Positions 30,634-39,664 of a DNA stretch of 64,000 bases are shown in pieces. The position numbers and the translations under genes were made by a program. How positions within the stretch are numbered: the first letter of the stretch is position 1; each line of letters opens with the position of its first letter. The notes under the pieces were generated by a model that saw only the letters and a program-made list of their open reading frames with translations, did not search any database and had not been told where the DNA came from. The DNA comes from an uncultured virus (IMG/VR IMGVR_UViG_3300042514_001512) (Duplodnaviria > Heunggongvirae > Uroviricota > Caudoviricetes): IMG/VR virus record IMGVR_UViG_3300042514_001512. One strand, 5' to 3'.

Positions 30634-30671
30634 GAAAGTAAAGATAAAAAATTTATTTGGAGATATTTATA
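30634..30671 (+). promoter_or_regulatory. Candidate late promoter of the tube gene
   Basis: GAAAGTAAAG-N20-TATTTATA. Confidence 0.55.
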
Positions 30672-30711
30672 GAAAACAAAATAAACACAAAATAACAAAA
30701 AAAGAAAGAAA

Positions 30712-31200
30712 ATGGCTGATTTATTGATGAAAATGCCGATACCGTATGAACCAAAAAGACAAAACAGGTTCATTCTTCGGTTCCCAACAACATTGGGTAT
30801 TAACGAATGGTTCGTTGAATCTACGTCAAGACCACATATAACTATAAACCCTGTTGAGATTCCCTTCTTAAACACTTCAACCTATGTTGCAGGTCGTTTT
30901 ACTTGGGGAACTCTTAACGTTAAATTCCGTGACCCTATTGGTCCGTCTGCGTCTCAAGCTCTTATGGAGTGGGTACGTCTATGTGCTGAATCAGTGACAG
31001 GTCGTATGGGTTATGCCGCAGGATACAAAAAGAACGTCGATTTAGAAATGTTAGACCCAACTGGTGTTGTTGTTGAGAAATGGATTTTAGAGGGAACATT
31101 CTTATCGGATGTTAACTTTGACTCATTGGCTTATAATACAGACGCTTTAGCAAGTATCACAGCTACAATGCGAATGGACCGTTGTATATTAGTTTATTGA
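30712..31200 (+). CDS. Tail tube protein (gp19-like)
   Basis: YEPKRQNRF, YVAGRFTWG, LDPTGVVVEKWILEG; follows the sheath gene. Confidence 0.9.
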   Translation: MADLLMKMPIPYEPKRQNRFILRFPTTLGINEWFVESTSRPHITINPVEIPFLNTSTYVAGRFTWGTLNVKFRDPIGPSASQALMEWVRLCAESVTGRMGYAAGYKKNVDLEMLDPTGVVVEKWILEGTFLSDVNFDSLAYNTDALASITATMRMDRCILVY

Positions 31201-31237
31201 TTTTTAACTATTAAAATATTTCAGTCAAAATATATTT

Positions 31238-31269
31238 AAATCCACATGCTTAGGTATGTGGATTTTTTT
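31238..31269 (+). terminator. Rho-independent terminator
   Basis: AAATCCACATGC-TTAG-GTATGTGGATTT followed by a T run. Confidence 0.75.
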
Positions 31270-31325
31270 GTTTCTATTTAAAAAAAAAGAAATTACTGTA
31301 TATTTTATTATAAAAGACAAACAAT

Positions 31326-32084
31326 ATGGACCAAAGTATCATTGACGCAGGAACGGAGAGTTTTAACTTACCTCACGATATAGTACAACTACCTTCAGGT
31401 GGTGTATTTTATAAATCAAAAAAGAAATCAATTAAAGTCGGTTACTTGACCGCAAATGACGAAAACGCATTGATGGGGGCAACACAAATGAGTAATGATA
31501 ATATCATTATGACTTTATTACGTAGTAAAATTTATGAACACGATTTAAGACCTGAAGAATTATTGGACGGTGATATTGAGGCTATTCTTATTTTCTTACG
31601 TAACACTTCATTTGGACCTGAATATAAAATATCAGTAACTGACCCCAAAACAAGTAAACCTTTTTCACATACAGTAGTATTGGATGAGTTAAACATTAAA
31701 AAAACACAACACCAACCTGACGAAAATGGTGTTTTTACAACAACATTACCAAAATCAGGAGTTTCGGTTAAATTAAAACCATTAAGTTTTGCTGAAACAA
31801 CTGAAATCAGTAAAATGGCTGACCAATATCCTGTAGGAAGAACGGCGCCAGTCATTACTTGGAGACTAGCAAAACAAATTATTGAAATTAACGGGAATGA
31901 TTCCAAGGAACAAATTTCAAATTTCGTTAACTCAATGCCAATTATGGATTCTAAGTATATCCGTAATTTTATTAGAGAAAATCAACCTTCATTAGATTTA
32001 GTAAAATCAGTAAAAGCCCCTTCAGGAGACTTGGTATCTTTCGAGATTACCTTTGGGGTGGAGTTTTTTCGGCCTTTCTTCTAA
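31326..32084 (+). CDS. Tail/baseplate hub assembly chaperone (gp26-like)
   Basis: VQLPSGGVFY, YLTANDE; lies between tube and tape measure genes; ends EFFRPFF*. Confidence 0.7.
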   Translation: MDQSIIDAGTESFNLPHDIVQLPSGGVFYKSKKKSIKVGYLTANDENALMGATQMSNDNIIMTLLRSKIYEHDLRPEELLDGDIEAILIFLRNTSFGPEYKISVTDPKTSKPFSHTVVLDELNIKKTQHQPDENGVFTTTLPKSGVSVKLKPLSFAETTEISKMADQYPVGRTAPVITWRLAKQIIEINGNDSKEQISNFVNSMPIMDSKYIRNFIRENQPSLDLVKSVKAPSGDLVSFEITFGVEFFRPFF

Positions 32085-32229
32085 TCACAAACAATTTTTA
32101 ATTGAGGAGTATTATTTTTTGGCGAGATTTATAAGATTATCTTATACTGAATTTCACATTATGCCAACTTATATGCGAAAGTACCTAATCGATAGAATTA
32201 TTGAGGACAATACACCTAAAAACGGTTAG
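32068..32229 (+). CDS. +1-frame extension of the chaperone (putative frameshift product)
   Basis: FGLSSNHKQFLIEEYYFLARFIRLSYTEFHIMPTYMRKYLIDRIIEDNTPKNG*; fills the gap to the next gene and has no early ATG. Confidence 0.65.
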   Translation, partial: FGLSSNHKQFLIEEYYFLARFIRLSYTEFHIMPTYMRKYLIDRIIEDNTPKNG

Positions 32230-32273
32230 TAAAATTGTTTTTGGTGTATTTATACATATATAATATTTAAACT

Positions 32274-34214
32274 ATGGCAGGACCTGAAGATAACGAACTT
32301 GGTGGTGACTTTTTAAGTAAAGTCCAAGGAGCCCTCGAACAGAGTGTTGGTAGAATTACCGACGCTTTGGCGACTAATTTACGTGCTGGAGATATTGCGA
32401 AACAAATTCAAGAAATTGACGATAAAGCAATAACGATTGTTAAATCTTTTGGGCAAGGTCGTGAAAACATTGTTAATTTAAAGGCGGCTATGGCTGACGC
32501 AGCCTCTGAAGTTGAACGAATGGGTGGTAGTTTTGATAATATTGTCAGTATCCAAAAAGACGTTGCCGAAGCCTTAGGGAGAAATTTAATACTAACATCA
32601 AGTTCTTATAAAGATTTATATGCAACTTCCGAAGTTACAGGCGAATCCGCAAAAACCCTTGTTACTAATTTTAAAGATGCGGGTATGTCCGTATACCAAG
32701 TGGCGGGTGAAATGAATAAAGTTGTTAATATTGCTAGAGAGTCGGGTGTTAACGCTCAGGCGGTTAGTAAAGAGGTTGTTGCAAATATGACCGCATTAAA
32801 TAAATTTAATTTTGAGGGTGGTGTTACAGGTTTGGCTAAGATGGCGGCCCAAGCGTCGTTATTAAGAATTGACATGAATACTGCGTTAAAATTTGCTGAT
32901 GAGGTATTTGACCCTGAAGGGGCTATTAAAATGGCTGCGGCAATGCAAAGATTAGGTGTGGCAAATTCTGAGTTATTAGACCCATTAAGATTAATGGATA
33001 TGGCTCAAAATGACCCTGCGGAGCTTCAAAATCAACTTTCTAAAATGACCGAACAATTTGTTCAGTTAAATGAAAAGGGGCAATTTGAAATTATGCCAGG
33101 GTCTAAAAGACAATTAAGGGAACTTTCTAAAGAGTTAAATATTCCATACGAACAATTAACCAAAATGGCGTTAGGTAGTGTTGAGGCTGCCGACAAAATG
33201 CAGAAAATTAAATTCCCTGAAGGTGCATTTACTGAAGAACAAAAAGGTTTGATTGCCAGTATGGCTGAAATGGGTGAAGGGGGTGAATATAAAATTCAAT
33301 TAGGTGGGAAAGAGTTAGGTATTAATGAGGCAATTGAAAAATTGCAAAAAGACCCCGACCAAATGAAGGCTCTTAAAGATATGGCGACACCTAAAAGTAT
33401 GGAGGAGTTAGCCAAAGACCAACTAACAATTTCAAAATCTATGGATAAGTCGTTAGAGTCTATTGCCAATAGAACAGGACGAGCATTGGCTGGTAGTAAA
33501 ATTGCTAATCAAGCCTTAGAAGCTCCAAAACTATTATACGATGCGGGAGCTGAAGCCTTATCTGGGGATAAATTAAGTAGTAGAAATATTAGAAGTGGTT
33601 TAGGTTCAGGGGCAGAAGAAGTTTTAGGTTCAATTAACAAGATATTTAAAGGTGAAGGTTCTTTAAGTGATACTTTTAATGTGGTTAAAGATAGTATGTC
33701 AACTAGTGCCAAATTTGTAGACGGAGCTTGGTCTCAGGCATTAGATAAGGGGGCCGCAGCGGCATCAAATTTGGCAAAAGAACAAAACATTTTTCTTGAA
33801 ATGTTACAAAATGGTAGTAAAAAATTAGGTAATGCTTTTATGACTTCCGAAAATATACCCACAACAACTGCGAAAGATATGTTAAAGTTACCTGGTCAAA
33901 ATGTTGAATTTTTACCTGAAGATACTTTAGCGTCGTTCACTAAAGGTAAGGATGTTTTATCGGCGTTAATGGGTTCTAATAATAGAAATGAACCCCCAAC
34001 ACAAAGAATGACCGATTCAGGGCCTGTTAATATTAATTTAAACATAACCGCACCTCCAAATATTGATACTTCTCAACTTATGTTAGCCTTTGAAAATTCA
34101 GGAGTTAAAGAAGCTATGGTTACTGCGGTTACTAAAGGTCGATATAATAATGGATTAACCGCCCCAACATCTAATCAAACACAATTGATGGAAATGGCGA
34201 GTATGAGAGTCTAA
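32274..34214 (+). CDS. Tape measure protein (putative)
   Basis: 646 aa, Ala/Met/Gln/Lys-rich helical composition; canonical position after tube and chaperone. Confidence 0.7.
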   Translation: MAGPEDNELGGDFLSKVQGALEQSVGRITDALATNLRAGDIAKQIQEIDDKAITIVKSFGQGRENIVNLKAAMADAASEVERMGGSFDNIVSIQKDVAEALGRNLILTSSSYKDLYATSEVTGESAKTLVTNFKDAGMSVYQVAGEMNKVVNIARESGVNAQAVSKEVVANMTALNKFNFEGGVTGLAKMAAQASLLRIDMNTALKFADEVFDPEGAIKMAAAMQRLGVANSELLDPLRLMDMAQNDPAELQNQLSKMTEQFVQLNEKGQFEIMPGSKRQLRELSKELNIPYEQLTKMALGSVEAADKMQKIKFPEGAFTEEQKGLIASMAEMGEGGEYKIQLGGKELGINEAIEKLQKDPDQMKALKDMATPKSMEELAKDQLTISKSMDKSLESIANRTGRALAGSKIANQALEAPKLLYDAGAEALSGDKLSSRNIRSGLGSGAEEVLGSINKIFKGEGSLSDTFNVVKDSMSTSAKFVDGAWSQALDKGAAAASNLAKEQNIFLEMLQNGSKKLGNAFMTSENIPTTTAKDMLKLPGQNVEFLPEDTLASFTKGKDVLSALMGSNNRNEPPTQRMTDSGPVNINLNITAPPNIDTSQLMLAFENSGVKEAMVTAVTKGRYNNGLTAPTSNQTQLMEMASMRV

Positions 34215-34253
34215 AAATAAACATAATGTCTATTTATAATAAAATTATAGAAA

Positions 34254-37200
34254 ATGCCTGATAGTACATTATCGTTTGTTAACAGTTCTTCATTTAGAAA
34301 TGCGTTATTAGCCACAAATTTGGACCCATATGATGTACCTGGTGTTTATACCCCACCCTCAGGACCTATTGCTTATGAAATACAACAAACAGTAAGTAGT
34401 GTTATTGATTCACCCGATGGTTTAATTGCAAATGACCCATTTGCTGCGATATTATATCCATTAAATGAATACGGGCCTAATGGTGGTTTTAATACGACTA
34501 TCACATACAATGGACCTCCATTGCCCGTTAACTCTAATCAAGGGGAGTACAGCCCAACAGATACAGTATTAGACTTAGTTAATGAGTTTTATATCGACGC
34601 CGCATATATTGAAAACATATATGGACCTTCTGGTGGGTTTAATGATATGGTAGTTATTACGGATATCCAAAACAATAATAAAATTTATCAACCTTATTGG
34701 AATCCACCAACATTTGTACCGTCTTCTTATACACCATATAGTATATTATTTTCAGATAACCCAAATGGAACTGATGGTTCATTATCTCAGGATTCTTATA
34801 TTGCTAAAATTGGGGCGGAACAACTTAATTACTTATTCCAACAAAGAATTGCTGCTGAGATATTTCAAAATACTGTTGGTCAAGTTAACTTAGATTCTTT
34901 AAGTGACCCTTTTGAGGCGGCCTTAATTGCCACAGGACAAGAACCATTAATTTATAAAAACTATAGAATTACTGTTCCTGAAAATCCTATTGTTGCGGCT
35001 TTTGATTTGGCAACTAGATTAGCAAGTGCTTATTGGCCTGTTTCTATGATTCCTGGTGATTACTTCACACAACAACACAAGCCAGGATTTTTATCACAAC
35101 AAACATCAAACGCTTTAAATGTTATTAATCAACTAACGGGAGGGTTTTTAGGTCCAATTCTAAACACATCTAGAAGTGCATCTGAATTATTTTTGGCCAA
35201 TACGGGTAACGGTCAAAGGTCAGTTTTATTTCGTAATATTGATTATAACAGATATCAACCTGATTATAAAAATCAATATGGTGGATTATTAGGCGTTGCT
35301 CAAGGTTTGGTTAATTTAGCTGTTAATTTAATCAATCCTAATAATGGAACTTTAGTTGGTGGTTATTATGTTGGCAGTAGAAATGCGGAACCATCAACAA
35401 TAACATCACCAGCAAATCAAATACCAGTTAATGTCTTTGGACAACAGGACCCTGTGCCTGTTTATGGACCTTCAGAACTTGCAATATTATATGAAGGTAA
35501 TAATGAAGTGTTAAAATTTGGTCTTGCGGCAAAACCATTAAGTGATGGTGGTGGTATTGACGGACAATTTGTATGGACTTCACCTAAATATAAAGGTAAT
35601 GCTGGTTTTAATGCAACACCTGGTGGAGGTACAGGTAGTTTAGACCCTGAGTTTAACCAAGTTAGTAGTTACTATACAAGAGATGAGTCAACTAATATAA
35701 CATTCAAAGAGACTTCAATTTTAGACCAAACTCAAAGATTAATTGAGTCTGCGGATAATGTTACGGGTATTTCTCGTTTAAAACATGTTGGTAATGCAAT
35801 TAACCAAGTTAGTAAGGTATTCCATGATGGATATAAAGAAATAACTAAAGGTTCTCAAGTATTATCTTACACTGATTTTACTACGGGGGCAGAAAAAGGA
35901 ATTGAATATTGTCGTGTATTCACTAAGGATACTCCTTATTACACTTACGCCGATTTACAAAAAACTGATGGTATTACTACTTCGGGTAGACGTTTTAGTA
36001 ATTCTGTATTTGATAACACATATAACTTAAACATTGCACCACTTAAAAACCCTGGTTCAACAAATATTCAAATGAATAACCAAGGTAAATTAGTCGCTAA
36101 AAAATATATGTTTTCCATTGAGAATTTAGCTTGGAGAACTTCAAGTAGACCAGGATTTACATATGATGAATTACCTACATGTGAGAAAGGGCCTAATGGG
36201 GGTAGAGTTATGTGGTTCCCACCTTATGATTTAAAATTCTCAGACCAAAGTTCTGCAAATTGGAATTCACAATCATTCTTAGGTAGACCTGAGCCAATTT
36301 ATACGTATAAAGATACAAGTAGAACAGGAACACTTTCTTGGAAAATTATTGTTGACCACCCTTCTGTTATGAATGTTATTGTTGAAAAACAATTAAAGGG
36401 TCAAAGTAAAGAAAAGTTAAATTCAATCATTGATTCGTTCTTTGCGGGTTGTGTGAAGTATGATATCTATCAATTAGGTCTTAAATTTAATACAATACCA
36501 ACTAAGGATTTATATACTTATCAAGAGATATTAAATAACCCTAGAATAACTAAAGAAGAGTTACAAGGTGTTAATCAATCTATTCCTAAGGATAACCCTG
36601 GTGGGGTGGTGTCAAAAGAATTTAAAGACCCTGCAAATAATAATAATAAGGCGGACACACCTGACAATTCAGGCGTTGAATTTGAAAACGAATTTAACGA
36701 ATTAGCATTCTATTTTTACAACGATATTCCCGACCCTAACACAAATAAAATAGTTTCGTCAGTACCTTATCAAGTAACCTATGGAAGTTATACCGCGTCA
36801 TCATTCATTAGTAATTATGTAGATAAAGCCAATGCAGTATTTGCGCCGAATTTAAGTTATTGTACAACAAACTCATCATATTGTGATACTAATAAAAAAG
36901 TTAAAGAGTTTTATGATACGGTAATTATCGACAACTTTAATACAATTGACAATGCGGATAACGGTTTTATTAAAAAGGCGTTTAATTTATTAAAAGAAAA
37001 AAACGCAACAATTAATTTAACTTTAGTTGGTTCGGCTTCAGCACCTGCCTCAGTACCATATAACATAAATCTTTCTAAAAGAAGAAATGATTCTGTTTTA
37101 CAATATCTTAAAATTAGAGGTAAAGAAATTGGGTGTGATATAACACCGTTTATTGATAGTAAAAAATTTATTTTAAATGAATCCGCTTCAGGTGAAACAG

Positions 37201-39335
37201 AAACTGTGGTGATACCAAAATCGATATCTGGAGGTGCGGGGGCGTCGGTTAATTGTACGACTGATATTAAAAATGGTTCGGGTGTTGTTACATCTAATTC
37301 ACAAATTTATTCGGTTGATGCTATGGCTTGTAGACGTGTTAAAATTGTGTCTAAAGTTGTTATACCACCATCTGAAAGTAAAAACGATAACGACCCAACA
37401 ACAACACAAACCTCAACACCTCCTAAAACTATTGACATAACAGTTAAACCAAAAACACCAAAACCTACGGTCAGTATTGAGAAAAAACTTAAAGAAGGTA
37501 TTGGGAAACGAATATTAAGACAATTACTTTCGGAATGTGACTATTTCCAAGTGATTGAGGAAAATGTTCCGATGTTATATGATTCGATAAAAGAAAAAAT
37601 AAAATACTTTAATCCCGCGTTTCACTCTATGACACCTGAAGGATTAAATGCTCGTTTAACATTCTTAAATCAATGTGTTAGACCTGGAGAGACAATTCCA
37701 ACCATAGGTCCTGACGGTAAGCCAAAATACAATGACGCTGTTAACACATCATTTGGTGCTCCGCCTGTATTGATATTACGCATTGGTGACTTCTATAATA
37801 CAAAAATAATACCTAAGAGTGTTTCATTTACATATGAACCATTATTATATGACATGAACCCTGAAGGTATTGGTATTCAACCAATGATTGCCAATGTTAC
37901 AATGAACTTTGATTTCATTGGTGGTATGGGTCTTGCAAAACCAGTTGAACAATTACAAAACGCGTTATCGTTTAATTATTACGCAAACACTGAGATTTAT
38001 GATGAGAGGTCGGTATGGACTGAAGATACCTCAGCATTAGATAAAACTTTAATGGAATCCATATTACAAAGTCAACCTGTTGAAACTGTTGACAATGTTG
38101 ATAACCAAATTCAAAATGATTTCGGTAATACAATAGGTGACATCGTTAATTTCAACAGAGTTGTTGGAGGTGAAACTGGTGAAATTAGTTATGGAGTTAT
38201 TATGGATAAGATGTTGTCTGAGACAACTTCATATTTTAATTCTTTATATAATCAATTGGAAAGTATTGTGTTACAAACTAATTATGGTGTGTTACAATTA
38301 GTTAATCAATACAGAGATTATCGAGATGGTCCTTTAAACGTAGGAACCGTTAGTTACCCAACTGAGATTTATGGTAAACCGTTAATTTCAAAAACATCGG
38401 GTAATGACAAAGTTAATTTATTCCAAGAATTGTTGGATAAATGCATTGTTGACATTGAGAATGGACTTAATCCAATAATTGCTGAATTAGATACTAACAA
38501 CTATCCGGATATACTCCCTAATGAATTTAGTGTCATAAAAACTAATATGATATCTTATTTAAAACAGGTTTATTTAACTTTACCTAATAGTACACAAAAA
38601 ATTGTTACTGATTTAACAGTTAAAGAACAAAACTATGTACAAGTAATTAGAAAATTAATTGTTGTCAATGATAAGACTGATGGTAAAAAATTAGAAAACG
38701 GAACACCATTAGTATATAGTATTAGTGGTACTTCAAAAGTTAGTGAAAGTACTAAACAATCGGACCCTTTAATTGGGGATACCTATGATGAGTTTACAAC
38801 TGATTGTACTAAAATATACAAAGCACTTAATGATTTTTTAAAGGTGTTAAATGCTAAAGAAATTATCACAAACACATATGAAAATACGGGGGATTTTAAA
38901 ACTGCGGACAATTCTTTCTTTACCGATGTTTATAAGAAAGAGTTCTTCATGATGGTTGGTAGAAACTTTAGTGATAAAAATAAATTACAGGAGTTTAAAA
39001 CATTTATATTAACCGCAAACATTTCATCAAATAAAAAGTTAACGAAGAAGTTTGATGATGTTACTGATGATTTAGCTAAAGAATATAGTAAAGAAATTAA
39101 AAAAGAAGAAAAAATATTTTCAGATTTTAGAAAAAGTTCTGAATATAAAACATATATTGAAAGTCCTGATGATATTTTATATCCCGCAGGAAAAACAAGG
39201 GTTTTTGATTATACAACAGTACCTGACCCAGCAACAGAGGCGGCTCAAAAGAAATTATTAACTGATTTATTTACGACAGTAAACTTAGAACCTGCTAATA
39301 CTAAAATCTTTACTGGTAAAATTAAATTTGATTAA
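34254..39335 (+). CDS. Large baseplate/tube-initiator-like protein with an internal OmpA-like domain
   Basis: FPPYDLKFSD...FLGRPEPIYTY...RTGTLSWKI and PPVLILRIGDFY; GSASAP...YNINLSKRR...CRRVKI. Confidence 0.6.
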   Translation: MPDSTLSFVNSSSFRNALLATNLDPYDVPGVYTPPSGPIAYEIQQTVSSVIDSPDGLIANDPFAAILYPLNEYGPNGGFNTTITYNGPPLPVNSNQGEYSPTDTVLDLVNEFYIDAAYIENIYGPSGGFNDMVVITDIQNNNKIYQPYWNPPTFVPSSYTPYSILFSDNPNGTDGSLSQDSYIAKIGAEQLNYLFQQRIAAEIFQNTVGQVNLDSLSDPFEAALIATGQEPLIYKNYRITVPENPIVAAFDLATRLASAYWPVSMIPGDYFTQQHKPGFLSQQTSNALNVINQLTGGFLGPILNTSRSASELFLANTGNGQRSVLFRNIDYNRYQPDYKNQYGGLLGVAQGLVNLAVNLINPNNGTLVGGYYVGSRNAEPSTITSPANQIPVNVFGQQDPVPVYGPSELAILYEGNNEVLKFGLAAKPLSDGGGIDGQFVWTSPKYKGNAGFNATPGGGTGSLDPEFNQVSSYYTRDESTNITFKETSILDQTQRLIESADNVTGISRLKHVGNAINQVSKVFHDGYKEITKGSQVLSYTDFTTGAEKGIEYCRVFTKDTPYYTYADLQKTDGITTSGRRFSNSVFDNTYNLNIAPLKNPGSTNIQMNNQGKLVAKKYMFSIENLAWRTSSRPGFTYDELPTCEKGPNGGRVMWFPPYDLKFSDQSSANWNSQSFLGRPEPIYTYKDTSRTGTLSWKIIVDHPSVMNVIVEKQLKGQSKEKLNSIIDSFFAGCVKYDIYQLGLKFNTIPTKDLYTYQEILNNPRITKEELQGVNQSIPKDNPGGVVSKEFKDPANNNNKADTPDNSGVEFENEFNELAFYFYNDIPDPNTNKIVSSVPYQVTYGSYTASSFISNYVDKANAVFAPNLSYCTTNSSYCDTNKKVKEFYDTVIIDNFNTIDNADNGFIKKAFNLLKEKNATINLTLVGSASAPASVPYNINLSKRRNDSVLQYLKIRGKEIGCDITPFIDSKKFILNESASGETETVVIPKSISGGAGASVNCTTDIKNGSGVVTSNSQIYSVDAMACRRVKIVSKVVIPPSESKNDNDPTTTQTSTPPKTIDITVKPKTPKPTVSIEKKLKEGIGKRILRQLLSECDYFQVIEENVPMLYDSIKEKIKYFNPAFHSMTPEGLNARLTFLNQCVRPGETIPTIGPDGKPKYNDAVNTSFGAPPVLILRIGDFYNTKIIPKSVSFTYEPLLYDMNPEGIGIQPMIANVTMNFDFIGGMGLAKPVEQLQNALSFNYYANTEIYDERSVWTEDTSALDKTLMESILQSQPVETVDNVDNQIQNDFGNTIGDIVNFNRVVGGETGEISYGVIMDKMLSETTSYFNSLYNQLESIVLQTNYGVLQLVNQYRDYRDGPLNVGTVSYPTEIYGKPLISKTSGNDKVNLFQELLDKCIVDIENGLNPIIAELDTNNYPDILPNEFSVIKTNMISYLKQVYLTLPNSTQKIVTDLTVKEQNYVQVIRKLIVVNDKTDGKKLENGTPLVYSISGTSKVSESTKQSDPLIGDTYDEFTTDCTKIYKALNDFLKVLNAKEIITNTYENTGDFKTADNSFFTDVYKKEFFMMVGRNFSDKNKLQEFKTFILTANISSNKKLTKKFDDVTDDLAKEYSKEIKKEEKIFSDFRKSSEYKTYIESPDDILYPAGKTRVFDYTTVPDPATEAAQKKLLTDLFTTVNLEPANTKIFTGKIKFD

Positions 39336-39337
39336 TT

Positions 39338-39664
39338 ATGGCGTCAAAACAATATTATAATAGATATAATGATTTTATTTTAAATGGACAACAGACCGTT
39401 GTTCCTTATATTACGTTGCCAAGTAAAAGTACTGATAAACGATACATTTATAAGGCAGGACAGTCTAGATTAGATAAAATGTCGCAACAGTATTATGGTT
39501 CACCATTCTTTGGTTGGGTAATAATGCAGGCAAATCCAATTTATGGAGGACAAGAGTGGAACATTAGTGACGGTTCTATCTTGACAATTCCATTTCCTTT
39601 AGTAGCTTCTTTACAGGATTATAAAAATCAATTGGATAATCATTTCTTTTATTATGGTAGGTGA
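39338..39664 (+). CDS. LysM-like baseplate wedge protein (gp53-like)
   Basis: RLDKMSQQYYGSPFFGWVIMQANP...GSILTIP. Confidence 0.75.
   Translation: MASKQYYNRYNDFILNGQQTVVPYITLPSKSTDKRYIYKAGQSRLDKMSQQYYGSPFFGWVIMQANPIYGGQEWNISDGSILTIPFPLVASLQDYKNQLDNHFFYYGR

Noticed and set aside
30570..30875. 101-aa minus ORF and other short ORFs nested in long genes (e.g. 16300-16836, 31532-31906, 46722-47072, 56733-57065)
   Set aside because: They overlap well-supported genes and have no recognisable motifs.
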